Of a DNA stretch of 64,000 bases, positions 28,413 to 36,965 are shown in pieces. Within the stretch, counting starts at the first letter, position 1. Each line of letters starts with the position of its first letter. The position numbers and the translations under genes were made by a program. The notes below the pieces were generated by a model. The model saw only the letters and a list, made by a program, of their open reading frames with translations, had not been told where the DNA came from and searched no databases. The stretch lies in NCBI GenBank assembly GCA_963772655.1, contig CAVYYE010000003.1:2673341-2737340 (forward strand), in the 5' to 3' direction. The DNA comes from an uncultured delta proteobacterium. Its GTDB lineage: Bacteria; Myxococcota_A; Polyangia; Haliangiales; Haliangiaceae.

Positions 28413-30815
28413 ATGACTACAGTCGGCACCACAGTCGGCCGCTACGAGCTTCTGCGCCTGCTCGCCGCCGGAGGGATGGGCGAGGTGTACCTCGCACGTC
28501 TCACCTCGGAGGTGGAGGGGTTCGGCGCGCTGGCCGCTGTCAAGGTGCTGCCACGCAACCTGAGCGCCAACGCGACCTTCGTGAAGATGTTTCTCGACGA
28601 AGCGCGAGCGGTCGGAAGACTCCACCACAAGAACATCGTGCAGGTCCGCGATGTCGCGGAGCACCTCGGCCAGTACTACATCGTGATGGAGTACATCTCC
28701 GGACAGAACCTGCGGGAGCTGCTCGGTGATGCATCGATCCGTGATCGGCCGCTGTTCGAACCGCGTCTCGGATGCGATGTGTTCATCGAGATCGCGAGTG
28801 CGCTCGCCGCGGCACACGCCGAGAAGCTGATCCACCGCGACGTCTCGCCCAACAACATCATGATCAGCGATGAGGGCATCGCGAAGTTGATCGACTTCGG
28901 CGTCGCACGCGCGCTCGGATCGACGTCCGGCACCAACCCCGGAACGCTCAAGGGCAAGTTCGGGTACATGGCGCCCGAGTACGTGCGCGAGCAAGCGTAC
29001 GACCACCGCGCGGACATCTTCTCGCTCGGTGTCGTGATGTGGGAGACGTTCGCACGCCGCCGATTGTTCCGCGGCACGGCGGCGGCCGAGCAGCTCCACC
29101 AGTTGCTCGAGGCCGACATCCCGCGGCTCGACGAGGTCCTGGACGACTTCCCGGCGGACCTCGCGACCATGGTCGCAGGCGCACTCGAGCGCGATCCCAC
29201 CCGCCGGATCTCGTCGGCGAACATGCTCGCGGAAGCGCTGACCGAGATCGCACGCGGATTGCCGGTGGGCCCCGATCTCACGCTGCGCAAGTGGCTCGAG
29301 CGCCGGATCCCCGGACGGCTCGAGGAGCGCCGGCGCGTCGACAACGCGCTGCTCGCACTTCCACGCGGTGCCGCGATCCCCGACTTCGGCGTCGCCTTCC
29401 CCGACGCGGGAAGCTTGCCCGGTACCTACGGCTTCGAACTGTCGCAACCGATCCGACTCGGCGAGTTGCTGGGAGAGCCGTCGTCGTCGTCGGGCGGTGC
29501 TCCTGCGATGGCGGCGCCGCTGCCGTCGGCACAGATGGCATCCCAGATGCCGACGATGCTCGGTGTCGGGATGACACCGAAGGACACCACACCGCCTCCG
29601 ATCTCCCAGCTCTCCCCAAAGCCGCAGGCCCAGAGCTCGCGCGGCAAATGGGTCGCGTTGATCGGAGGTCTCGCCGTCGCTGCCGTGGTCATCATCCTCG
29701 TGGCGCGCGGAGGCTCGTCGTCCCCGGATCTCGCCACCAAGGCATCCGGCTCGGACGTGCAGACCGCGGCTGCCGACGAGGCGCCGAAACCCGGCTCGGA
29801 TGCCTCGATCATCGAGGCCCACCGCCAGATCGGCCTCAAGGCGATGTCCGACGGCGACTACGCGAAGGCGCGCTCCGAGTTCCAGCAAGCGATCGAGGCG
29901 GGCGGCGGCGGCGATCTCGCTCAGCTCGCGAGCATGGCGGAGGAGCTCCAGAAGGACTCCACCGTCGCGCACGCCGCCGACGACAACGCCACCGACGACA
30001 AGACCACCGGCGACAAGGCCACCGACGACAAGGCCACCGACGACAAGGTCCCCACGAAGGTCGCGGCCGTCGAACCTCCCAAGGTCGCTGTTGCCAAGGC
30101 GCCGCCACGGCCGACTCCGACACCACGTAGAAGAGTGGTCGTCCCGCAGAAGCACCGCACCCGCGTTGCCGTGCGGCAACCGACGCGCCGCGAGGCCGAG
30201 CCGACGCCCGCCGCCGTCGAACCCGTCACGTTGCCTCCCACGCCCGAGCCACCGAAGAAGACCTACCTCGCGGTGACCTCGAGCAAGGTCGCGCCGGCCG
30301 GCACCGTGATGCGCGTCGACGGCAAGGTCGTCGGTCCGGTGCCCGGACTCACCAAGGTCAAGCCCGGCAACCACAAGCTCGTGATCGAGAACGGGTCGCG
30401 CATCCTGTACGCGAAGACCGTCGACGTCGGTGCCGGCGAGACCCAGCAGGTCAAGCTCGCGGATGCGGTGTTCGCGAAGCCGGCGGAGCCGGCCAAACCG
30501 CCACCCGCCGTCGTGCGCGCGCAGCGACCGCAACCGAAGCCGACACCGCGGGTGAGCTCCGACGGCAGTGTCGACGCCGGTCGCCGCGTGGTCGGTGCGT
30601 GCAGCGGTTGCCACCGCACGAGCGGGATCTCGGGGGTCGCACCGCGCAGCCGTTCGCGCGCGATGTGGGAACGTTTCTTCGCTTCCGGGCAGCACGATCG
30701 CTACATCCCGATCGGGGATCGGATGTCGGCCGGTCAGCTCCGGGCCGCGCGTGCCTACCTCCGCGCGAACGCCGCCGACTCTGCCGAAAACCAGGGCGCC
30801 GGCATCAAGAACTGA
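28413..30815 (+). CDS. eukaryotic-like Ser/Thr protein kinase (paralog of upstream kinase) with TM helix, periplasmic Pro-rich/DKATD-repeat linker, PEGA domain and C-terminal CXXCH motif
   Basis: The kinase motifs are GAGGMGEVYLA, HRDVSPNNIM and DFG. The TM segment is WVALIGGLAVAAVVIILVA. The PEGA domain reads YLAVTSSKVAPAGTVMRVDGKVVGPVPGLTKVKPGNHKLVIE. ACSGCHR lies near the C-terminus. A GGGAGG sequence sits upstream of the ATG at 28413. Confidence 0.9.
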   Translation: MTTVGTTVGRYELLRLLAAGGMGEVYLARLTSEVEGFGALAAVKVLPRNLSANATFVKMFLDEARAVGRLHHKNIVQVRDVAEHLGQYYIVMEYISGQNLRELLGDASIRDRPLFEPRLGCDVFIEIASALAAAHAEKLIHRDVSPNNIMISDEGIAKLIDFGVARALGSTSGTNPGTLKGKFGYMAPEYVREQAYDHRADIFSLGVVMWETFARRRLFRGTAAAEQLHQLLEADIPRLDEVLDDFPADLATMVAGALERDPTRRISSANMLAEALTEIARGLPVGPDLTLRKWLERRIPGRLEERRRVDNALLALPRGAAIPDFGVAFPDAGSLPGTYGFELSQPIRLGELLGEPSSSSGGAPAMAAPLPSAQMASQMPTMLGVGMTPKDTTPPPISQLSPKPQAQSSRGKWVALIGGLAVAAVVIILVARGGSSSPDLATKASGSDVQTAAADEAPKPGSDASIIEAHRQIGLKAMSDGDYAKARSEFQQAIEAGGGGDLAQLASMAEELQKDSTVAHAADDNATDDKTTGDKATDDKATDDKVPTKVAAVEPPKVAVAKAPPRPTPTPRRRVVVPQKHRTRVAVRQPTRREAEPTPAAVEPVTLPPTPEPPKKTYLAVTSSKVAPAGTVMRVDGKVVGPVPGLTKVKPGNHKLVIENGSRILYAKTVDVGAGETQQVKLADAVFAKPAEPAKPPPAVVRAQRPQPKPTPRVSSDGSVDAGRRVVGACSGCHRTSGISGVAPRSRSRAMWERFFASGQHDRYIPIGDRMSAGQLRAARAYLRANAADSAENQGAGIKN
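29985..30050 (+). repeat. in-frame 15-nt tandem repeat (ACCGACGACAAGGCC x ~4) encoding (T/A)DDK repeats
   Basis: The repeat is seen directly. Confidence 0.8.
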
Positions 30816-30842
30816 TCCGCATCGCGGATCGACAAGGACAAC

Positions 30843-32546
30843 ATGGCTTCGAACCGACTCTGGCTGCTCCTGCTGCCCGCGTGGCTCCACACCTCGACAG
30901 CACTCGCCGACGATCCACCCGGTGGTGACGACGACGAGGCGCCGGCGCCGATGCCAACACCGAGCGAGCCCGAAACGACTCCGCCACCCACCGCGCCGCT
31001 ACCGACGGCTCCGGATCCGAGCGCCGGGGCTCCGCTCGATCAGGATCCGGCTTACCGGCGACTGCGCGATCGCGTACGAGATCTCGAGCATCGCCTCGTC
31101 GATCTCGAGAAGGAGAACTCGCTCCGTCGCGTCGAGTGGGGCGGTGACTACCGCACCACGCTCGGCAGCTACTGGTATCACGGTGCCGATCCGCAGGGGA
31201 ATCCGTTCGCGCCGCCCACGTTCGTCAGCCTCCACAACTCCGAGCAGTGGCTGCATCGGTTCCGTCTCATGCTGAAGGCCGAGCCCACCGACAACCTACG
31301 CATCCGCGGTCGGATCTCGGTGTTCAAGCGGTTCGGCACCAACGTGTCGACACCGTCGCCGCAGGACTTCTCGCAGGGCCGCGTGCCCAGCGACACCACG
31401 CTGCGTCTCGATCGGTTCTGGCTCGACTGGTTCTTGACCTCGAAGATCGCGCTGTCGTTCGGACGCATCTCGTACTCCAACGGCAGCCCCGGCGAGCTCC
31501 GCGAGAACATGGAGAAGCCCGACGCCACGTGGGGCCTGACGATGGTCGACGGCGAGTACGACACCGTCGACGTCACCATGCAGGTCGCCAAGCCGTTCCT
31601 GATCCGCGGGTTCTACGCGTCGTGGTCGTTCCCCAACAACGACGACCTGTTCTCGCAGAACTTGTTCCTCAACAACGGCACCAACAACCTGCGCATCATC
31701 GGCGGCAACGCCGACCTGTCGTCGTCCGACGGCCGGTTGTTCGCGCAGTTCGGTGCGTACTACGTGCCCAAGTTCCGGCCGTTCGACATCCCGCTGCCGA
31801 ACCCGAGCTTCTACCTGAACCCACAATCCAACCAGCCGGCCAACGCACCGCCGCCGCTCGACGGCTCGCTGGTGTTCCCGTCGTCGAAGCCGAGCTCGCT
31901 CGGCACCTACGGCAACGTGAGCCTGTTCCTGATGATGAAGAAGCTGGCCGGGTTCGATGCGTTCGTCGGCGGCGCACTCGGTTTCTTGAATCCCAACGGT
32001 AAGGGGATCTCGTACCGCGGCTACGCGTTCGACCAGATGGGGATGCCGATCCTCGACGCCAACGGGCTTCCCGCCGAGCTCCCGTTGCTCCACCTCGCCA
32101 GCGATGACGTGGACGCCAACGGCAAGGAAGTCAGTCACGTCACGAAGTTCCTCTACCTCGGCGGTCGCTACACGTTCCCGGCGGGCGGTGTTCACGCTCC
32201 GAAGATCGGTGCCGAGTACAACCAGGCATCGCGCTACTGGATCTCGTTCGCGCAGCCGACCGACCTCTTGACCAACAAGCTCGCGGTTCGCGGGAAGGCC
32301 TACGAGGTCTACTTCATCCAACCGATCAACGAGCGTGCGTTCATCCGGTTCGACTACCAGTTCATCGACGCCGATTTCACCAGCGGCTTCCCCGGCAACA
32401 TCGCCGGTGCGACCGGGTTCTTCGGTATCCCGGACTTCCCGGGGCAGCAGCCGCACGGCGGGACGTCGCCGCCGGTCGATCCGACCGGCATGGGCAACAA
32501 GCAGCACCTGCAGGCACTGACCGCCACGATCCACACGGACTTCTGA
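30843..32546 (+). CDS. secreted protein, putative outer-membrane beta-barrel (DUF3373-like): signal peptide, Pro-rich segment, coiled coil, beta-rich body ending in aromatic residue
   Basis: The signal peptide is MASNRLWLLLLPAWLHTSTALA. The coiled coil reads RLRDRVRDLEHRLVDLEKE. There is an alternating hydrophobic beta pattern, and the C-terminus is ...TATIHTDF. Confidence 0.55.
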   Translation: MASNRLWLLLLPAWLHTSTALADDPPGGDDDEAPAPMPTPSEPETTPPPTAPLPTAPDPSAGAPLDQDPAYRRLRDRVRDLEHRLVDLEKENSLRRVEWGGDYRTTLGSYWYHGADPQGNPFAPPTFVSLHNSEQWLHRFRLMLKAEPTDNLRIRGRISVFKRFGTNVSTPSPQDFSQGRVPSDTTLRLDRFWLDWFLTSKIALSFGRISYSNGSPGELRENMEKPDATWGLTMVDGEYDTVDVTMQVAKPFLIRGFYASWSFPNNDDLFSQNLFLNNGTNNLRIIGGNADLSSSDGRLFAQFGAYYVPKFRPFDIPLPNPSFYLNPQSNQPANAPPPLDGSLVFPSSKPSSLGTYGNVSLFLMMKKLAGFDAFVGGALGFLNPNGKGISYRGYAFDQMGMPILDANGLPAELPLLHLASDDVDANGKEVSHVTKFLYLGGRYTFPAGGVHAPKIGAEYNQASRYWISFAQPTDLLTNKLAVRGKAYEVYFIQPINERAFIRFDYQFIDADFTSGFPGNIAGATGFFGIPDFPGQQPHGGTSPPVDPTGMGNKQHLQALTATIHTDF

Positions 32547-32653
32547 GCGGGCTCGCCGCCCCGCGTTCGTGATCGCGCTTCGACGGTCGATCGACTGCAG
32601 GGCTTGCGCCGACTACGCAACCGCCCGGTAGTCTGGCAGCATCGTACCCGCTG

Positions 32654-33988
32654 GTGCCCGACGATATCGACGAGCTGACTGGTGGGATTCGACGGATGTG
32701 GTCGACCGCGAGCCTCACGAGCAAGCTCGGGCGGAAGGCCGCATCGCGCTTGCTGTTCCGGCGCAAGAAGGCCGGGGAACAAGCCGCCGAGCCGGCTGCG
32801 CGCGACGCCAAGGCCGAGGCCAAGGCGGCCCGAGCCGAGGCCAAAGCCATCGCCCACGCCCGCGAGCTGGTCAGCAAGATGGGCCACCTCAAGGGACTGG
32901 TGATGAAGGCCGGCCAGATCGCGAGCTACATGCCGGGCACGCTGCCACCCGCCGCACAGGAGGTGCTGGCCGAGCTGCAGGCGCAATCGACACCGATGTC
33001 GTTCGCGCGGATCGACACCGTGATCGCGGGCGAGCTCGGCGATCGCGCCACCACGTTGTTCGACGACTTCGAGGATCGCCCGTTCGCGTCGGCATCGATC
33101 GGTCAGGTCCATCGCGCGCGGGTTGGCGACCAGCAGGTCGCGGTGAAGATCCAGTATCCCGGGATCGAGGACGCGATCCGCAGCGACCTCAAGATGGTCG
33201 GGGTGCTCGCCCGGATGAGCTCGATCGGCTCGTCGGTCGACGGCGGCGCGCTCGCGACCGAGCTACGCGATCGGCTGATCGAGGAGTGCGACTACGAACG
33301 CGAGGCCGAGCAGCAGGAGCTGTTCGCGACGCTGCTCGGCGAGGTCGAGGGTGCCCACGTGCCGGGCGTGGTGCGCGAGCGGTCGAGTGGCCGCGTGTTG
33401 ACCACCGTGCTCGCCGATGGAGCCCGGATCGCCGACACGCCGGCAGACGCGCGCGATCGCGCGGGTAGCGTGATCTTCCGTGCGTGTTTCGAGCTGCTGT
33501 TCCGACGCTGCATCTACAACGCCGATCCGCATCCCGGGAACTACCTGATCGGCGACACCGGCGACGTCACGTTCCTCGACTTCGGATGCACGCGTCGGTT
33601 CGACCGCTCGATGATCGAGACCTGGCGCGGCATGGCGCGCGGCATCCTCGATGGCGATCGCGAGGCGTTCCAGCACGGGTTTCGCGAGCTCGGGTTCGTC
33701 GGCAAGGAAAAGGGGTTCGACTGGGACTACCAGTGGGAGGCGATGCGGCACCTCTACCAACCGTACGCGACGTCGACGTTTCGGTTCGACGCCGGGTTCG
33801 TACGCGAGACGTTCGGCAGCCTGATGTTCGACAACCCGAACCGGTTCAAGGTGGCGATGCCGCCGCAGTGGCTGTTCCTCAACCGCCTGCAGTGGGGGCT
33901 GTTCGCGGTGCTCGCGCAGCTCGAGGCCGAGGCGCCGTGGCGCGACCACCTCGAGGAGCTACTCGCCGGTCCGGTCGAACCGGCCTAG
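32654..33988 (+). CDS. ABC1/UbiB/ADCK-family atypical protein kinase
   Basis: ASASIGQVHRARV is the ABC1 lysine/A-rich loop. ADPHPGNYL is catalytic-loop-like, and DFG is present. The true start may instead be the internal Met at 32696. Confidence 0.8.
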   Translation: MPDDIDELTGGIRRMWSTASLTSKLGRKAASRLLFRRKKAGEQAAEPAARDAKAEAKAARAEAKAIAHARELVSKMGHLKGLVMKAGQIASYMPGTLPPAAQEVLAELQAQSTPMSFARIDTVIAGELGDRATTLFDDFEDRPFASASIGQVHRARVGDQQVAVKIQYPGIEDAIRSDLKMVGVLARMSSIGSSVDGGALATELRDRLIEECDYEREAEQQELFATLLGEVEGAHVPGVVRERSSGRVLTTVLADGARIADTPADARDRAGSVIFRACFELLFRRCIYNADPHPGNYLIGDTGDVTFLDFGCTRRFDRSMIETWRGMARGILDGDREAFQHGFRELGFVGKEKGFDWDYQWEAMRHLYQPYATSTFRFDAGFVRETFGSLMFDNPNRFKVAMPPQWLFLNRLQWGLFAVLAQLEAEAPWRDHLEELLAGPVEPA

Positions 33989-34950
33989 GCCAGTTTGCGA
34001 CCGACGAAGTCGAGCGAGGTGATCGCGAGCTGCTCGTCGGGGAGATCGCGAAACGCCGGATCGAGGCGATCCTCGGCGCGCATCCGTCGCACCGAGTGAA
34101 GCCGATCCTCGGTGGTGTTGGGAATGTCGAGCGCGATCGCGAACCCGGCGTCGCGCGCCATGTCGGTGAACGCGAATGCGCGCAGCCGGTTCTGGTACAG
34201 GAACTCGTTGTCCCACCGTCGCCACGCGGCCTCGGAGTACTGCAGGTAGTTGACCTGATCGATCTCGGGATCGGAGTAGGCGTAGTGATCGCCGCAGTTG
34301 ACCGAGTGATAGACGATGCCGCCCGGCTTCAAGATCCGGTAGGCCTCGCGAAAGCACGCCTCGAGCACGGGTGCCGGGATGTGCTCGAGCACGTTGTTCG
34401 AGAACACGACATCGACCGACGCGTCGGGGAGCCCGGTGTCGGAGGCGTCACCCGGCGCGTGATAGTCGACGACGCCCCCCGTGGCCTGTCCTAGCTCGAC
34501 GCCGGCGGCGAGCAGGTTGGCGTACTCGGCGAGCCGGCGCGCGACCTCCTCGCGATCGCGACCGGCGGAATCGGCGACCTTCGCCGCGTGGACTCGCGCC
34601 AGTCGCTCGATCAACGCGCGCGTGAGCCTGACATCGTAGTGGCGCACGAGATCGTAGGTGTGGACACGCGCCGCCCCCGCCAGCCCCAGGCACACCGGCA
34701 ACGCCGGATACCATCCGCTCCCGATCTCGAGCAGGATCGCGCCCTCCACCGGGACGCGCACCTTCTGGAGGTTGCGCATCATCAGGGTCCAGTCCGTGAC
34801 GCGAACATCACACTCCTGCTCGAACCTGGAGAGCCCGCCGAATCGTTGCTGTAGCAACAGATGCAGGCGCGTGCCGCCCGGCACGTAGCCGAGCACCTTC
34901 TGGATCGTGCCCTTGATCCGCCAGTCCATCGGCAACTCACTGTCGGCCAT
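33985..34950 (-). CDS. class I SAM-dependent methyltransferase (Methyltransf_11/23-like)
   Basis: Motif I is LLEIGSGWYPALPV. The other motifs are VDVVFSNNVLEHIP and LKPGGIVY. The start is placed at MADSEL, because the upstream extension is low-complexity. Confidence 0.7.
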   Translation of the reverse strand: MADSELPMDWRIKGTIQKVLGYVPGGTRLHLLLQQRFGGLSRFEQECDVRVTDWTLMMRNLQKVRVPVEGAILLEIGSGWYPALPVCLGLAGAARVHTYDLVRHYDVRLTRALIERLARVHAAKVADSAGRDREEVARRLAEYANLLAAGVELGQATGGVVDYHAPGDASDTGLPDASVDVVFSNNVLEHIPAPVLEACFREAYRILKPGGIVYHSVNCGDHYAYSDPEIDQVNYLQYSEAAWRRWDNEFLYQNRLRAFAFTDMARDAGFAIALDIPNTTEDRLHSVRRMRAEDRLDPAFRDLPDEQLAITSLDFVGRKLA

Positions 34951-35029
34951 CGAGGGCTCGTTGTCATCCTCGCGTGGCACGTGATCCTCCCCACTGGACG
35001 GAGCGCCCCCGACGTGGTGCAGTGCAGCC

Positions 35030-36076
35030 GTGCGCTGGGTGTCGCTCGCAATTCTGCTCGCCGCTTGCGGCCAGGATTCCGTGCCGAGCTTCACCACCGA
35101 CGCGTCTCCCGACGTCGGTGACGACGCGCCGATCGACACCCCGCCTCCGCCGCCCGGGTGTGACTACGGCGAGCTCGCCGATCTCACCAACGACTTCACG
35201 GTCTCGAACAACGCGTCCGAGACCACCAATCTCGTGCTCGATGCGCCGGTCACGATCTGCGGCAGCGTCGACTCCGGCCACTTCGACGCCGGTGCCGGCG
35301 TGGTCGACCTCGATGGCTACGCCGTGCACGTATCCGCGCGCACCGCGTTTCGGGTCGAGCTGTCGGGCGACGCCGCGGCGCTCGCGAGCCTCCAGGTCCG
35401 GGTGATCGACAGTGGCCTCGAGGTGGTCGATGCCGGCACCTATCGCGGCAACCACGTCGCGTTCGGATCGACGTTGATCGCCGGCGACTACCAGCTCGCG
35501 GTGGTGGCGTCCGACGCCGCTGATATCGGCGCCGCGATCCCGTACAAGCTGCGCGTGATCCCCGATCCGACGCCGTGCGCCGCGGTCACCGCCGCTGCCA
35601 CGTACACCGAGGCCAACGACGGGCCACAAGACGATCGCAACGACGTCGTCTCCGTCCAGTTCGCGCCCGACGTGCGCGCACTGACCGCGAGCGCCAACGA
35701 CAACCCCGAGGCGACCGGCATCGTCACCGCCGCCGGCACCGACGTCCGGATCTCGGGCACCAGCGCCGATGTCGACGCGGCCGACGACTTCCGCGACCGC
35801 GACACCTATCTGATCGAGACCGGCGCCGCTACCGACGAGCTCGCGGTGCGCGTCGACTGGACGGGCGCCGCGGACCTCGACGTCCTGGTGTTCCCGGAGA
35901 ACACCACCGCCGAGATCGCGAGCGGCACCTCCATCCAGCCCGTCGGCCCCGAAACCACGTTCTTTCCGGTGCTGCCGAGCACCCGGTACTGGGTCTGGGT
36001 CGGGAGCTTCGATTCCTCGACCACGCTTCCCGTCGACTACGACATCACGGTGTGCCCCAGCACCTACATGCCCTGA
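35030..36076 (+). CDS. secreted lipoprotein, beta-rich (possible pre-peptidase C-terminal/PPC-like domains)
   Basis: The lipobox is MRWVSLAILLAACG. Two similar Asp/Thr-rich beta modules are present. The protein is 348 aa. Confidence 0.55.
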   Translation: MRWVSLAILLAACGQDSVPSFTTDASPDVGDDAPIDTPPPPPGCDYGELADLTNDFTVSNNASETTNLVLDAPVTICGSVDSGHFDAGAGVVDLDGYAVHVSARTAFRVELSGDAAALASLQVRVIDSGLEVVDAGTYRGNHVAFGSTLIAGDYQLAVVASDAADIGAAIPYKLRVIPDPTPCAAVTAAATYTEANDGPQDDRNDVVSVQFAPDVRALTASANDNPEATGIVTAAGTDVRISGTSADVDAADDFRDRDTYLIETGAATDELAVRVDWTGAADLDVLVFPENTTAEIASGTSIQPVGPETTFFPVLPSTRYWVWVGSFDSSTTLPVDYDITVCPSTYMP

Positions 36077-36197
36077 CGATCAGCGCGGTGCGTCGATCTC
36101 TGATCCACCGAACCCGTTGTGATTCGTGGTCACAGGTCCGTTCACGATCGGGAGACCGGCTCCAACGATCCCGCGAATCTAGGCACTGGCACGAAGG

Positions 36198-36878
36198 ATG
36201 CTGCATAGTAAATACATGCGAAACCTGCTCGTCCTGATGGTGCTCTCCATCGCCGCTGGCGGTTGTTACGCCACCACGACCACCGGCTACACCCCCGCCT
36301 ACGTCGGCCCGGCGGTGTCCGTCTCCGCCACGACCGTCGCCCCCGATCTCGTCTACGTCAGCCCTGGCGTTCAGGTGATCGCGGACTACGACGAACCGAT
36401 CTTCTACTCCGACGGCTTCTACTGGAGGGAGTACGGCGGCACCTGGTACCACTCGCGTTACTACGATCGCGGTTGGGCCTACGCCGCGCCGCCGCGTGCG
36501 ATCGTCTCGATCGGCAACCGGCGCTCGTACGTGCACTACCGCCCGCGCGGGTACACGCCCCGCGGCAGCTACGTGCGCGACCACCGCGGATACAACCGGT
36601 CGCGTCCGATCGTTCGCGACAACCGCGGCTACAACCGGTCGCGTCCGATCGTTCGCGACAATCGCGGCTACAACCGGTCGCGTCCGATCGTTCGCGACAA
36701 CCGCAACTACAACCGGTCGCGTCCCGTGGTTCGCGACAACCGTGGCTACAACCGATCGCGCCCGGTCGTTCGCGACAACCGCTCGACCCGGTCGCGTCCC
36801 GTGGTTCGCGACAACCGCAGCAACCGGTCGCGTCCCGTGCGCGACAACCGTAGCAACCGTCGCGATCATCGACGCTAG
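36198..36878 (+). CDS. lipoprotein with C-terminal tandem 13-aa repeats (RSRPIVRDNRGYN x ~7)
   Basis: The lipobox is MRNLLVLMVLSIAAGGC. The N-domain is Tyr/Trp-rich (YWREYGGTWYHSRYYDRGWAY). An alternative start lies at 36216. Confidence 0.6.
   Translation: MLHSKYMRNLLVLMVLSIAAGGCYATTTTGYTPAYVGPAVSVSATTVAPDLVYVSPGVQVIADYDEPIFYSDGFYWREYGGTWYHSRYYDRGWAYAAPPRAIVSIGNRRSYVHYRPRGYTPRGSYVRDHRGYNRSRPIVRDNRGYNRSRPIVRDNRGYNRSRPIVRDNRNYNRSRPVVRDNRGYNRSRPVVRDNRSTRSRPVVRDNRSNRSRPVRDNRSNRRDHRR
36575..36860 (+). repeat. 39-nt in-frame tandem repeat x ~7 (ggctacaaccggtcgcgtccgatcgttcgcgacaaccgc and variants)
   Basis: The repeat is seen directly. Confidence 0.85.
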
Positions 36879-36965
36879 TCGCACGTTTCGCTCGCGCGCG
36901 TCGAGAAGACGCGATCGAAGGCCCTCCTCCGCGAGGGCCTTCGTCGTTTCGTGCTAACGACAGCC

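Noticed and set aside
32654-32700. N-terminus MPDDIDELTGG of the ABC1 kinase ORF resembling the GG-leader
   Set aside because: It belongs to a 444-aa cytoplasmic kinase whose true start is probably the downstream Met (MWSTASL). The similarity is limited to DELTGG and is probably a coincidence.
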